From: Leucoraja ocellata
Taxonomy: Eukaryota
DNA length: 64,000 nt
NCBI GenBank assembly: GCA_036785375.1
Contig: JAWMAR010000363.1
Span: 1,116,001-1,180,000 of the forward strand
Direction: 5' to 3'
The position numbers and the translations under genes are program-made. A model generated the notes under the pieces. That model was not told where the DNA came from. It searched no databases and saw only the letters and a list, made by a program, of their open reading frames with translations. Below, piece by piece: positions 49,622 to 62,780 of this stretch. Within the stretch, counting starts at the first letter, position 1, and every line of letters starts with the position of its first letter.

Positions 49622-49826
49622 TAGATAGATAGATAGATAGCCTTTTCTTGTCATTCAGACCGAAGTCTGAACGAAATTGCAGCAGTCATACATATAATAC
49701 CATACAATAAAACAACAATAAACACATATTAACATCCACCACAGTGAGTCCACCCAGCATCTCCTCACTGTGATGGAGGCAAAAGTCTTAGGTCTGCAGT
49801 CTCTTCCCTCCTCTTCTCCCTCTGCT
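49622..49826 (-). mobile_element. 5'-truncated member of the GC-rich retroposon family (copy D) with (CTAT)n tail
   Basis: GCCTCCATCACAG..CTGTGGTGGATGTT hairpin and TTCAGAC-TTCG-GTCTGAA terminal hairpin. Confidence 0.65.
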
Positions 49827-52691
49827 CTCCTCTTGATGGGCCGAATGGCTTAATTCTGCTCCCATCACTTATGAATCCAGCATTGTGTGTCTAAGGTAAG
49901 CCCAAATTATTCATGTCATTGATAGCAAATAAATACAGTCTAGCTTATTCCAAACTGGAAAAAAAGCAATTACGTTTGTGTTCTCCAAGAGGTGAGTAAT
50001 TATAATGATGACAGCTTGCTGCAAAATCCAGCTAACATGTGATATGTGCACCCATTGCTTCTGCAAACGTTCCCTCTATTAAATGGAGTGCACTTGTGAG
50101 ATAGTTAGTTCAGTGCAAACCACTCGTTTTAATGTATTAAATGGTAACAGATGAAAGATGATGGTTGCCAATTAAATGAGTTGTTGAAATTAGTGCATTA
50201 ACTTTTATTTTTGGCTTGGGGACAGGATTTCTGTTCCATTGAGGGTAGAGGAAGGGAGTGCAGCTTGTTTATATTTCACAGCTAGGGGGAGGGGGGAGGT
50301 TCGAGGAGAGCCCTGGACTGTGGAGAAGATCTGTTGGCAGCTTGAAGCTCAAAGTGTGGGCTGAGCACGATATGGGATCAGGTTCAGGAAGCTGTCTCGC
50401 GGTTTGGGTTTAGCATCTGCAGTGCTACTAGAAGAGATGTGAAGGCTTGGTTGACCTCAAAAGTAAATGTCACACTTTATAGTCGAAATTAGGTCAGCAA
50501 TCAGCATGGTTCTCACTTGGCAAGCATTAGATTTCAGAGACCACAGCAGAGAAACAGGCTCATTGGGCCCGCTGAGTCCGCGCCAACCAGCGATCACCCC
50601 ATGCACCATCAATATCCTAGACTCTAGACTCTAGACTCCTAAATTCAATGGGTGACTTTTCGGATCAAGTCCCTTCCTCAGTCTGAAGAAGGGTCTCGAC
50701 CCGAAACATCACCCATTCCTTCTGTCCAGAGATGCTGCCGGTCCGGCTGAGTTGCTCCAGCATTTTGTGTCTGTCTTCGGTGTAAACCGGCATCTGCAGT
50801 TCCTTCCTCCACACCAGGGACAATTTACAATCTTGCCGAAGCCAATTAATCTGCAAACCTGCACGTCTTTGGAGTGTGGGAGGAAACCGGAGCACCCGGA
50901 GAAAACCCATGCAGTCGCAGTGACAGCTTGCAAACTCAGTACAGATAGCACCCGAAATCAGTATCGAACCCGGGTCTCTGGCGCTGCAAGGCAGCAACTC
51001 TGCCACTGTGCCGTCCCAAACCATTGAACGTTCCTGATCCCGCACATCCTGGATGATTATCCTTGGCAAGATCTGTTTTAAGACATGGAGAGCAGTCATT
51101 TAGCCTAACTGGGTCAATCTATGCATAAACCTGCTGTAATATGGCAGAATATTCTCATTCACCCACCTTTCCCTTGGGTTCTTCAGAAGGTTTCAATCTA
51201 AAGCTCAGTTGAACTTCTCGGCAAATGTAAAGATTTTCAAATGGCTACAGGAAAGGGCAGCACAGTGGGGCAGCGGTGGAGCTACTGCCTCATAGCTCCA
51301 GAGACCCGAGTCTGATCCTGACTGTGGGTGCTGTCTGTGCAGAGTTTGCATGTTCTCCCTGTGACCGTATTAGTTTTCTCCGGGTGCTCCTGTTTCCTCC
51401 CACATTCTGAACACGTGCACATTTGTGGGTTAATTATTCGAGGGACAATTAATTTGAGTTGGGGTGATCACTGGTCGGTGGGCCGAAGGGCCTGGAAAAA
51501 AATATATAAAAGGATAGATTAATAAATAGTTAACTAGATAGATTTAAAAAAAATTATAATCAGGGTTTTTTCCGTCCTCTCTCTGACTCGAAGTTTCAGC
51601 TGGATGGGAAAATATGTTTGTTCAGGCAATCTCTTGGTACATTTATTCATCAAAACTGAAAGTGTGTACGTGTTGTCATTGGCTGAGCAAGGATTTAGTC
51701 AATGATGTTTTCCTTTGTCAAATAGTCTGCTGGTAATGATGCCAAAAGGGGTGTACACATGTACGCACGCACGCACACGGATGTATACACACAGACACTC
51801 TTCTTTTGGTTTGTAGTTATAACAAACTTAGTCCTTGTTTATCAAACATGGATTACTGCATTTGGGCAGTACAGTGGCGCAGTGGTAGAGTTGCTTCCTT
51901 ACAGTGCCGGAGGACCGGTTTCGATCCTGACCGGCAGTGTTGTACATACAGAGTTCGTACGTTCTCCCCGTGACACGGGTTATGGGGAGAAAGAAAGAAA
52001 ATGGGATTGGGAGGCAGAGATCAGCCATGATTGAATGGCAGAGTAGAATCGATGGGCCGAATGGCCTAAATTGTGAACTTGTGACCTGCATGATATTTGC
52101 TCCGGCATCTCCGGTTGCCGCCCGCACTCTAGGACGTATTGTCGGCGAATTAGCTTGGAAAAATTGTCCCCAGTGTGAGTGGGTCCAGCGTCAGTGTGCG
52201 GGGATCGCTGGTCGGTGCAGACTCGGCGGGCCGAAGGGCCTGTTTCCGTGCTGTATCTGAATTAAAAGCTAAACTAAATTAAATTTGCATCTTCTGTTAG
52301 CCCACTACGACCAGCTGAGTCGGCCAAGTAACACCTTAGTCAGAACAATCCTGTGACTCAGCACTTCCCTTCAACAGCCAGCTTTACTTTAGATTGGTGG
52401 TGAAATCAAAGGGAACTGAGAGAGAAGAGGACAGTTTTTTTTTTCCTTTTAGCACTAACTTGTGACTGACAGGAAAGGAATGCGGGAAGCGAAAGAAGAC
52501 AGTGATCGCAAACCAACAAAATCTGATTGTCGAAGGGAGAGAAAAAAGTCAATTTAACTTTATATTTGGACACACATGGATTTAAAATAAGTCATTAAAA
52601 TTTAATATAGCCTGAATAGATGGCTTTGCACTCATTTGTGGTTCTTTTGTCAGGAGCATTCAGATAGTGGGATAGAATAGCCAATAAGAAG

Positions 52692-53010
52692 GGGTGGCAC
52701 AATGGCACAGCTGGTAGAGTTGCTGCTTCATCGCGCCGGGGACCCAGGTTCGATCCTGACCTCGGGTGCTGTCTGTGTGAAGTTCACACGTTCTCCCTGT
52801 GGCTGCTTGGATTTCCTCTGGATACTCCGGTTTCCTCCCAAATCCTTAAGACACGCGCTTTTGTAGGTTAATTGTCCACCGTAAATTACCCCTAGTTTGT
52901 AGCGAGTGGATGTGAAAGTGGGATAACAGAACTAGTGTGAAAAGTTGACCGATGGGTGGTGTGGACTGGGTGGGCCCGAGGGCCTGTTTCCTTGCTGTAT
53001 CTTTCAATCC
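52692..53010 (+). mobile_element. V-SINE (HE1-like), full length
   Basis: A/B boxes, V core, CR1 tail. Confidence 0.8.
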
Positions 53011-55321
53011 ATTCTATCAAAAGAAGAAATCAAAGCCGTTAGTATTCAATAAAACATTAGATCCAACAGCAGAAACATGGATTAAGTTCATGTGATAAGA
53101 GCAGTATTAGGTCATTCGGCCCTTCAAATCTACTCCGCCATTCAATCGTGGCTGGTCTATTTCTCCCTCCTAACCCCATTCTCCTGCCTTCTCCCCATAA
53201 CCCTGACACCCGTACTAATCAAGAATCTACCAATCTCTGCCTTAAAATGATCCATTGACGGCCTACATGGCCTTCTGTGGTAATGAATTCCACTGATTCA
53301 CCAACCGCCTGACTAAAGAAATTTCTCCTCATCTTCCAAAAGGAATGTCCTTTCATTCTGAGACTATGATTGGAAAGTGGGATAACATAGGTGACAGGTG
53401 ATCGAGCATTGGCGTTGACTCAGTGGGCTGAAGGACCTGTTTCCAAGTTGTATCTCCATACTAAACTAAACTTATTTGTGGCATTAGGCACCACCTTCGT
53501 GCTTTGCAACAGATTCCAAACGTGAGGAATCTCTTCCCATCACCCACTCACTGGTACCTTCATTAGCAAGCTGTTTCTACTTCAATTGAAGAAAATATTG
53601 ACCATAAAAATTCCCCTGTGTTTAAGATAAAAAGGGTTTTTTTTGCAAGAATGTGAAGTACTTCCTACGCTTCACAGATTAACAGACGTGATGGATATCT
53701 CTTGAGTGTTGCCCTTGGGGGTTCCAATTCCCCATGTTCCATTTTCTTTGCAGACTTTCCTCGGAATTAGGGTTGCAACCAAGGCAACATAGCGGAGCTT
53801 TCATTAACACGGTTGGTGGCCTGAAATCCACTCACTCAGTCTCCTCCCCACAAATCTCCTGGATTTTTAATCATGGACCCATAGTGTCAGAGTGTCATAC
53901 AGACTGGAAACAGGCACTTTGGCCCAACTTGCCCTTGCCGACCGAGATGCCCCATAAGGTCCCATAAGGTGGGAGAGGGAGGTGTCGTAGGTTGAGTCAC
54001 GTGATGCAGGGGAAGGATTCCACAGCTATAAACACTAAACAGATACCCTGACCAAGCCATCTTGGAGGACTACATGACTCTGGAAATGGAGTAACAAGAG
54101 GTACCTCAAGGGACTGGAGTTCCTATTCTTGTCTGGGATAGTGATCAGAGTTGGAGTCACCAGGTAGGGGATAATTCAACCTTCCTTCTGGGGCTCTTTG
54201 GAATTGTTGATGAGGAAATTTGGACAATGGATCCACCTCCTGACAGCTTTGAGCTACTGTGGGAACCACCACTGTTCCCTCTGCTCACAACTTGGGGTTG
54301 GTTGTTTTGATATTGGGTCCCTTGGTATTGACGTGGAAATGTCAGACGAAATTCTCCGTGATCATGTCTCTGGATTGAGAGTTCAATCCATGTTCTCTTG
54401 ACTCTGAGGTGACCCGCATGCACCCATGCACACACATATGTGCGCAAACAAAACAATAGACACAAAATGCTGGAGTAACTCAGCAGGGCAGGCAACATCT
54501 CTGGAGAGAAGGAATGGGTGACGTTTTGTGTCGAGACCCTTCTTCAGACACGACCCAAAACGTCACCCATTCCTTTTCTCCAGAGACGCTGCCTGCCCCT
54601 CTGAGTTACTCCAGCGTTTTGTTCCTATCTTCAGTGTACACCAGCATCTGCAGTTCTTTCTTGCACAAACAAAACATCTGCCTGCAGGCCATTTCCACAC
54701 CGTGCATTCAGCAACATAATCCAGGGCCTTTTTCACCCTGGTCATCCCTCTTCTTCCCGCTCCTGTGGGGAAGAAAGCATTCTTCCTGTTGGGAAGAAAG
54801 CGGTCTTGTTGGCTTCCGGACAACCGCGTAGAAGTCGGGGCCCGGCCAGGGCCTCGCGGGTCGGAGTCCAGGTCAGCAGAGCGACCAACAGAGCCTGCGG
54901 CTGCGGTCCGGGTCGGCACCACGGAGGCGTGAGGTGGGGCGTCATCAGCGGTAAGGCCTCCGGCGTAGGGTGAAGCCTAGGGGTTCTGTCTGTATGGATT
55001 TTGTACGTTCTGCTTGTGACCGCTTGGGTTTTCTCCGGGTGCTCTGGTTTCCTCCCACACTCCAAAGACACACAGGTTTGTAGGTTAATTGACTTTTGTA
55101 CATTGTAAATTGTACCTAGTGGGTAGGATAGTGCTCGTGTACGGGGTGATCACTGGCCAGCGCGGGCTCAGTGGGCCGAAGAGCCTGTTTCTCTGATGTC
55201 TTAAAAGTCTAAAGCAAACAAAAGCTGTTCACTGAATCTCGGAACATATAATAATAAACCAATACAACTATTCAATACCAACACGGATACAAACAAAATA
55301 AAACTCACTGAAAAACAGAGC

Positions 55322-55431
55322 TTCTCTCTCCCTCTACCCCCTCCCTCTCCCTCTACCCCCCCCCCCTCACTCTGCCTCCCCTCCCTCTCTGCCCCCCCCC
55401 CCCCCCTCCCTCTCTACCCCCCCCCCCTCCC
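55322..55431. repeat. C/T-rich low-complexity tract (G-quadruplex-capable on the minus strand)
   Basis: Repeated CCCTCTC(T)CTACCCCC-like units with long C runs. Confidence 0.7.
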
Positions 55432-57364
55432 ACTCTAGGAATTGAAGAGGGAGGGTGAAGAGGAGGTGGAGGGAATGCTGGGGGATGGGGAAATGAGCCG
55501 CCCCTGTGCAGTTGGGGGCTATGCGTGAGTGGTGAACTATTGCGTTGGGGGAATGGGTGAGTGGTGGAATCTTGCGTGGGTGGGAGCAGACGGGTCTGCA
55601 CTTGGTCTAGTGAAAGACAAAACAAGTGTAGCAGGAGCAACGTTCAGGAGGCAGATCCACTTTGTTCATGGGTGCAGGATTCACTTTAGAGTTGCGTTTG
55701 AAGAGCAAAGATGTTTTGTTGCTACAGGTTGAAGAAGACATTTAGCAGGAAGAGGGAATGAAGGAGGAGTGTGTTGCAATAACTCTGCCTGACTCACTGC
55801 AGGGAAAGGCAATGTGTGCATTTCTCATCACCCCCGAGGCAAAGAACAAACATTTTAATTACACCAGTCAGATAGCAGAAATCACTTGCCACAGTTTTTT
55901 TATCTTTGATTAATATGCATTGAAACATCTGAAATAGTCGTACAAGTACTGTAACAAGTACAGTCTGCTGCTGTGAAGTTAAAACTCAATCTTGAATCCA
56001 AAATCCATCCTCTCTTCACAGTTGGTGATTACTGAAGGAATCCCGTGTACCCACCACTTTTGTCGTCAGTAAAACGTGGATGTCACCTAATCCCTAATTG
56101 TGGCTGTACAAACTCAGCTAAGACCAGGGAGAGGATGTGTGTAGGAAGGAACTGCAGATGCTGGTTTAAACTAAAGATAGATGCAAAAAGCTGGAGGAAC
56201 TCAACGAGTCAGACAGCATCTCTGGAGAAAAGAAAGAGGTGACGTTTTTCGGGTTGAGACCCTTATTCAGAGTATGAAGAAGAGTCTCGGCCGGAAACGT
56301 CACATGTTCCTTTTCTCCAGAGATGCTATCTGACCCGTTGAGTTACTCCAGCTTTTTGTGTCTAACCAGGGAGGGGATGACGGTATTCCAGAAGAGCGCC
56401 GATCTGCCAGCAGAGTTTTGGGATCAATCCGATGGATTGATTGATTGAACCGGAAACAGGCCCATTGTCCCACCGAGTCCACGCCGACCATCGATCACCC
56501 GTTCACACTAGATCTATGTTATCCCACTTCGGCACCCCCTCCCTGCCCACCAGGCAAATTTACAGAGGCCAAACCCGCACATCATTGGGATGTGGGAAGA
56601 AGCTGGAGCACCCGAGGAAATCACCCGGTCACAGAAAGTACGTGCAAACTCCACACTGACAGCATCTGAGTTCAGTATCGAGCCCAGGACTCTGGCATTG
56701 TGAGGCAGCAGCTCTATCAGCTGCACCACTGTGCCGCCCAATACATGACCATCCTCATCCAATTCCAGCTCATCAGTTCAGATATAGTTAATTAGGTGAA
56801 TTTAACTAACATATAAGGATTCAAACCTGCATGTGCAAGACAAGTAGACACAAAATGGTGGAGTAACTCAGCGGGACAGGCAACATCTCTGGACAGATGG
56901 AATGGGAGACGTTTCAGGTCGTAGATTCGGACGGAAGGAGAGGGAGCATTGAGAGAGAGAGGATGTTGCTGAGCTCTTGTTGGAGGAGAACTTCTTCAAA
57001 GTAGACATACCTTGAGGAGATTTTGCAGTGGAGCGGACAAAATGCTGAGGAAGGAACTGCAGATGCTGGTTTAAATCGACGATAGACACAAGAAGCTGGA
57101 GTAACTCAGCGGGACAGGCAGCATCTCTGGAGAGAAGGAATGACTGACGTTTCCGGTCGATAACCTTCTTCAGATTGTGCAAGACTGGTGTGATACTGTG
57201 GTTCAGAAAGGGGCAGAGAGTATTGATTAATTTCTCAGTTAAGGTGCCAGGATGGCACAAGAATGAATCAAGAAGCAAGAGTAGATACAAGGTGCTGGAG
57301 CTGCTCAGCAGATTAGGCAGCATCTCATGGATTGGTGACAAGAGCATTTAACTGCCTTTTAACG

Positions 57365-57945
57365 GCACAGGAAGAATGAAATAGTTTCTTGCTGCAGCCT
57401 AACAAGCCCATTAGATCAATAATGCACAGATAAATATATAATAATCAATATGAAAATCAATTAATAATCATAATACTAACCATAAAAGTTATGATCAACT
57501 GTTCAATTAACAGCCCATTGAAGATTACTGTTGCTGACGTTGTGGTTAGTGTTGTGCAGTTATTAAGTGCCTGATGGTTGCTGGGAAAAAGCTGTTCTTG
57601 AACCTGGTGGTCACGGTTTCTAGGCTCCTGTACCTTCTTCCTGATGGAGGTAATGAGATGAAAGCGGGGGCCAGTGTGGTGTGAGTCTTTGATATTGGCT
57701 GCCTTTTTGAGGCAGTGCCTCCTATAGATCCCTTCAATGGCGGGGAGGTGAGTACCCTGTGATGGACCAGGCAATGTCTACCATTCTCATGCTTTCCTTC
57801 ATCCGTGGGTGTCCATTACCATGTAGCAGCCAGTATACTCTCGACTGTACACCTGTAGAGGCCCGATAGAGTATTTGTTGACATACCGTATCTTTCTTTG
57901 GACTGGGCCCAGGATAGATCCACAGAGATATGCACAGCCAGGAAT
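57365..57945 (-). mobile_element. Rex1/Babar-type LINE fragment (continues ~58811-58885)
   Basis: THLPAIEGIYRRHCLKKAANIKDSHH and PSGRRYRSLETVTTRFKNSFFPATIR remnants. Confidence 0.75.
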
Positions 57946-57947
57946 CC

Positions 57948-58810
57948 GGTAGGCGGCGCGACTCTCGTCAGCAGCGGCCTCTGCAGCCCGTCCGCGTTTT
58001 TATTATTTTTTGTCTATGTTTCTATGTAGTTTTTGTTAGTTTTTGTTGGGGTGTGTGTGTGGGGGGGTGGGGGTGGGGGTGGGGTGGGAGGGAGGGGGTA
58101 ACTTTTAAATCTCTCCCTGCACGGGAGACCCGACCTTTTCTGTCGGGTCTCCGTTGTCGTTGGGGCTGCAACGAGGAGCGGCCTCCAACAGGAGAAGACC
58201 GGGGACTCTGGTGCCGACGACTCACCTCACCGTCGCGGAGCTGGCCGAGTCCGGAGCGGGTGAAGCGATGGTGGAGCGCTGCTGCTGCTGCCCGACCTCC
58301 GGAGATTCGGAGGCTGCAACTGCGGGTCTGGGGGACGGCAGCACCGGGAGCCCGCGGGTCCCTGGAGGGAGACCGCTTTTCAGGGCTCCTGCAACGGCGA
58401 CTTCTCCCGCCCGAGTTGCGGGGTTGAAGAGCTCCTGGAGCGGGGCCTGACATCACCGCCCCTCGCGGCTTGGAATGGCCGTGGGACTCTGCGAGCGCAC
58501 GCCGGGGGCTCTAACACCAAGACCCGGTGTGCGACCTTGCATCACCCGGCGTGGCTTTAATGGCCGCGGGACAATCGCCATCGCCAGCTGGGGGCTTTGA
58601 CTTTGACTCTGACATCGGGGGGGGGGGGGGGGGAGAGTGCAGTGGAGAGATACGTTTTTTTGGCCTTCCATCACAGCGATGTGATGGATGTTTATGTAAA
58701 TTATGTTGTGTCTTGGGTCTATTTGTTTGTAATGTATGGCTGCAGAAACGGCATTTCGTTTGGACCTCAAGGGGTCCAAATGCCAATTAAATTGAATCTT
58801 GAATCTTGAA
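57948..58810 (+). mobile_element. ~860-bp non-coding GC-rich retroposon, copy B
   Basis: Same 5' start GGTAGGCGGCGCG as copy A; two 3' hairpins; (TTGAATC)n tail; inserted in a Rex-like LINE. Confidence 0.8.
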
Positions 58811-59529
58811 CTTGATATTATTGACTCTCTCTGCTGCCTTCCTGTCGATGAAGACAGGTTCGCAGATCCTTGCTTTCTCCTCTTGATGTTTAGTTTAGTT
58901 TAGAGATACAGCACGGAAACAGGCCGGCGCACACAGTCCGCGCCGACCAGCGATCCCCACACATTAACACTATCCTATACACACCAGGGACAATTTACAA
59001 TTTTACCGAGCCAATTAACCTACAAACCTCTCCATCTTTCGAGTGTGGGAGGAAACCAGAGCTCCCAGGGAAAATCCACGCAGGTCACGGGGAGAGCGGA
59101 CAAACTCCGTAGAGTCAGGATCAAACCCGGGTTTCTGGCACTATAAGGCCGCAGCGATATTGCTACCACCGTCTGCAGGAGATCTGGCAAAGTCTTGATA
59201 TTGCGCCTACTCTCGAATTGTGCCCTCATGGACGATGATTCCTGGGGAAATGCGATACATTTCTGTGTGAAATCAGGAGCGTTAATAAAAGCCATTGTCG
59301 TGCTTACACTGAACTGAGATGGTGATCAATGGCCCACAACGCCTCAATGGAATGGCTGTTCCTTCTGCCCGACTGTACTCAATTAGCACACCGTCCCCTC
59401 GCTGGTAAAACATTAGCAGGTAAACAGCACAGATACAGGGTGGGGGTTTGGTATCCACTTCTTGGCCGCCACATCTTGAATTCCTTTCAATAGTATTTCT
59501 ACGCCAAGAATCACTGCTCTCGGGAGTTC

Positions 59530-59885
59530 TCATTGAAACCTATTGATAGTGAAAGGCCTGGAGAGGGTGGATGTGGAGAGGATGTTACCAGTAGTGGGAG
59601 AGTCCAGGACCAGATACACAGCCTCAGAGTAAAAGGATATAGCTTTAGAATAGAGGAATTTCTTTAGCCGGAGAGTGGTGAATCTGTGGAATTCATTGTC
59701 ACTGATGGCTATGGAGGCCAAGGCTTTGGGCATTTTTAAAGCGGAGATTGATAGGTTCTTGATTAATAAAGGTGTCATGGGGATATGGCAGCAGAATGGG
59801 GTTGAGAGGCAAAACATAGATCTGTCATGATAGACTGGTGGAGCAATCTCGATTGGGCGAATGGCTTAATTCTGCTCCTGGTCTT
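59530..59885 (+). mobile_element. CR1-clade LINE 3' fragment
   Basis: Collinear with 10598-10920 and 62400-62780. Confidence 0.78.
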
Positions 59886-60167
59886 ATGGGTTGAGCTGAA
59901 GGCACGAGTGACATCTGTGAATGGGGAATGGTGCGAGGGGCTTTCTTTTTAATCTGAGCAAACCTTTGACTTGGAATTGCTGTAACACATAGGCTTGAAG
60001 CAGCGGTGTACAGAGGCAGGGGTCGAAACGTGCCATCTTCTCCTTCCCAGAGGCAATGAATGAATGATACTTGCATTGATGGCCATTGTGAGCATGCATT
60101 ATTTTGTGTATGTCAAGATCATCCCCTCTCCACCAGCTAGAAACAGATATAACATGGGAATTAGTAA

Positions 60168-60390
60168 AGGGCCTGCCCCACTTGGCCATTTTTTTTTTGG
60201 CGACTGCCGGCGTCATTGACTGACGTATCAGGGTCGCCGAAAGATTTTGAACATTTCAAAATCCAGCGGCGACAAAAAAAATGTTGCGACACTCGAGGAA
60301 ACACCGCGCGTCAATACGTCGTCACGCCGCGACTTCTTCGGTGACCCGGTACGCCAGTCAATGATGCCGGTAGTCGCCGAAAAAAGTAAC
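60168..60390. mobile_element. Harbinger-type MITE, one-ended
   Basis: TAA followed by AGGGCCTGCCCCACTT; interior shares GGCGACTGCCGGC..GGTCGCCGAAA..CAGCGGCGAC with 9760-9995. Confidence 0.6.
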
Positions 60391-62174
60391 ATGATAGAGC
60401 CACTGAGGCAGTATTGTATGGGTGTGAGATGGAGGAACTGAGAAGGTCAGGCAGCATCTATGGAGGGAAAGGGCAGACAATGTTTCGGATCGGGAACCTG
60501 CTTCAGAGTTGGTCTGGCTACGATGGTGACCACTCAATTACACTGGAGATTCAGTCATGGAAATTAAATAATTCAATTCAATTAATTTGTAATTTTATTG
60601 GCACATGTACCTAGGAACAGTGAAATGCATCCTGCCTGGTAGAATCATACACCAGACCTCACCTCGGCAGTATACAGGTTTCGCCACGTTTCTGGCCCCA
60701 ACAAAGTTACAGGAGTTCACAGAGCAGCCCTACCCTCTGCCTGCCACCGCACCTGGCAGCAGCCCCTCCCACCCCACCCCACCCCAGCAGGTCCCCCTTG
60801 CCGGGCCCATTGAAGTACATGAAGTACGTACATATATATGAAGTGCAATGAAGTACATATATGGATTCCATCCAAAACCACTCTGTACAGCTCATCAAAA
60901 GGGCCATTGTTTGCAGTTTTTGATGTGCATTGTTGATTGAGGAATGTTGCTGCAAACAATTGCAGTTCTTCAAAGTTGGCTGCATTTGCTTTTGACATGG
61001 TTAGTAGGACCATTGGTGTATTCATCTTTATCCATCTCATTACACTTGACCAAATACCTTGTCCAATTCACCTCGGGCTGGACACATGCCATTGGTTTTT
61101 GGCAGGCTGACATTCCTCTCAATCTCAATTTACACAGTTGTTAGAGGCTCTTCTTCTCCAAACAACCCTTGAGCTTAGAAATTGGATTGCATCTGTCTTT
61201 GAGTGTTGCACGATTTCAAATCAGTTTTACCTGGAATGGATGATAGAATAGTTTTGATGTGAAATAACACTAGAAAATTGGACCTGGCATATCTAATTCA
61301 GACCCCTTATTGGTTTTGATTTATTGTTGTCACATGGACCGAGGTACAGCGATCCAATTAGATTAGATCATACAATGGCTTGAACAGATTGAAAACATGC
61401 AAGTACACCAGGTTGTGCAAAGAGAAAAAAATACCAGGGTGCAGAGTATAGTTTTACAGCATTGTAGTGTTGCAGGTGCAGAGGAAGAAGTCCAACGTTC
61501 GCAATGAGGTAGGTTGGAAGATCGGGATTACACCCTATCGTATGGGGAGGATCATTTATTTGTCTGATGACAGATGGGAAGAAGCTATTTCTGAGCGTAG
61601 TGATACATTGCGTTCAAGATTTAGTATCTTCTGCCCAATTGGGGGGAAGATGGAATGTCTGGGGATGAAAACGATTATATTGGCTGTTTCCCCTATGCAG
61701 CACGTAGATGGAGTCATTGGATCGGGGAGGGATGGGAGGGCGAGTCTGGACTGTGTGATTAACTGGGCTGCATCCACACCTCTCTGCAATTCTTTGTGGT
61801 CTTGGGGCAGAACTGTTCCCAAAACCATGCGGTGATGTATCCCAATGTTCTATGGTGCAGCTTGTTCCATTTTGTCAGGGTCAGACTTACACAAGTCAAA
61901 TGTTGTTACTGGTCTGCCATAAATTGGACACGTCTCTGCTCCTGTGGAAGAGAGACCAGTTTCCGTGTGCATGTATGCATGGGATCTCTCTGCTTATGCA
62001 TGGTGGGCAATCTGCCACAGTGCACCATCCCACGGTGCGCAGAGTTGCTCACTCCTCATGCACAATCCCTTTTCTCCTGTCGGACTCCAAACTGCTTAAA
62101 GCACTGAGAGCGGCAATGTCAGGGAGAGCATGAAGGAAGGTCCTAGTAAGGAAGGCAAATTTAGAGAGGACTCA

Positions 62175-62780
62175 AATAAAAACAGGAATGTAATACCGAG
62201 GCTTTATAAGACACTGGTCAGACCGTATTTGGAGTATTGTGAGCAGTTTTGGGCCTCATATCTGAGGAGGGATGAGCTGGCATTGAAGAGGATCCAGAGG
62301 AGGATTATGAGAATGATACTGGGGATGATTGGGTTAATGTGTGAGGAGCGTTTGACGGCATTGGGCCTCTACTCGCTGGAGTTTAGGATGGGGGGGGGCC
62401 TTCATTGAAACTTACCAAATAATAGAAGGCCTCTATAGAGTGGAGTTGGAGAGGATGTTTCCACTAGTGGACGTGTCCAGGACCAGAGGGCACAGCCTCA
62501 GAATAAAAGGATATACTTTTAGAAAAGAGATGAGGTGAAATTTCTTCAGCCAGAGGGTGGCGAATCTGTGGAATTCATTGCCACAGACCAAGGAGGCTTG
62601 GAGGCCAAGTCTTTGGCCTTTTTAAAATTGGGGATTGACAGGATCTTGATTAGTAAGGGTGTCAAAAGTTACGGGGAGAAGGCAGGAGAATGGGATTGAG
62701 CGGGATAGAAAGATCAGCTATGATTGAATGGCAGAGTAGACTTGATGGGTCGAATGGTCTAATTCTGCTCCTATGACATC
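62175..62780 (+). mobile_element. CR1-clade LINE 3' fragment
   Basis: VIPRLYKTLVRPYLEYCEQFWASYLRRDELALKRIQRR..EERLTALGLYSLE, classic CR1 ORF2 motif, plus 3' UTR. Confidence 0.88.
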
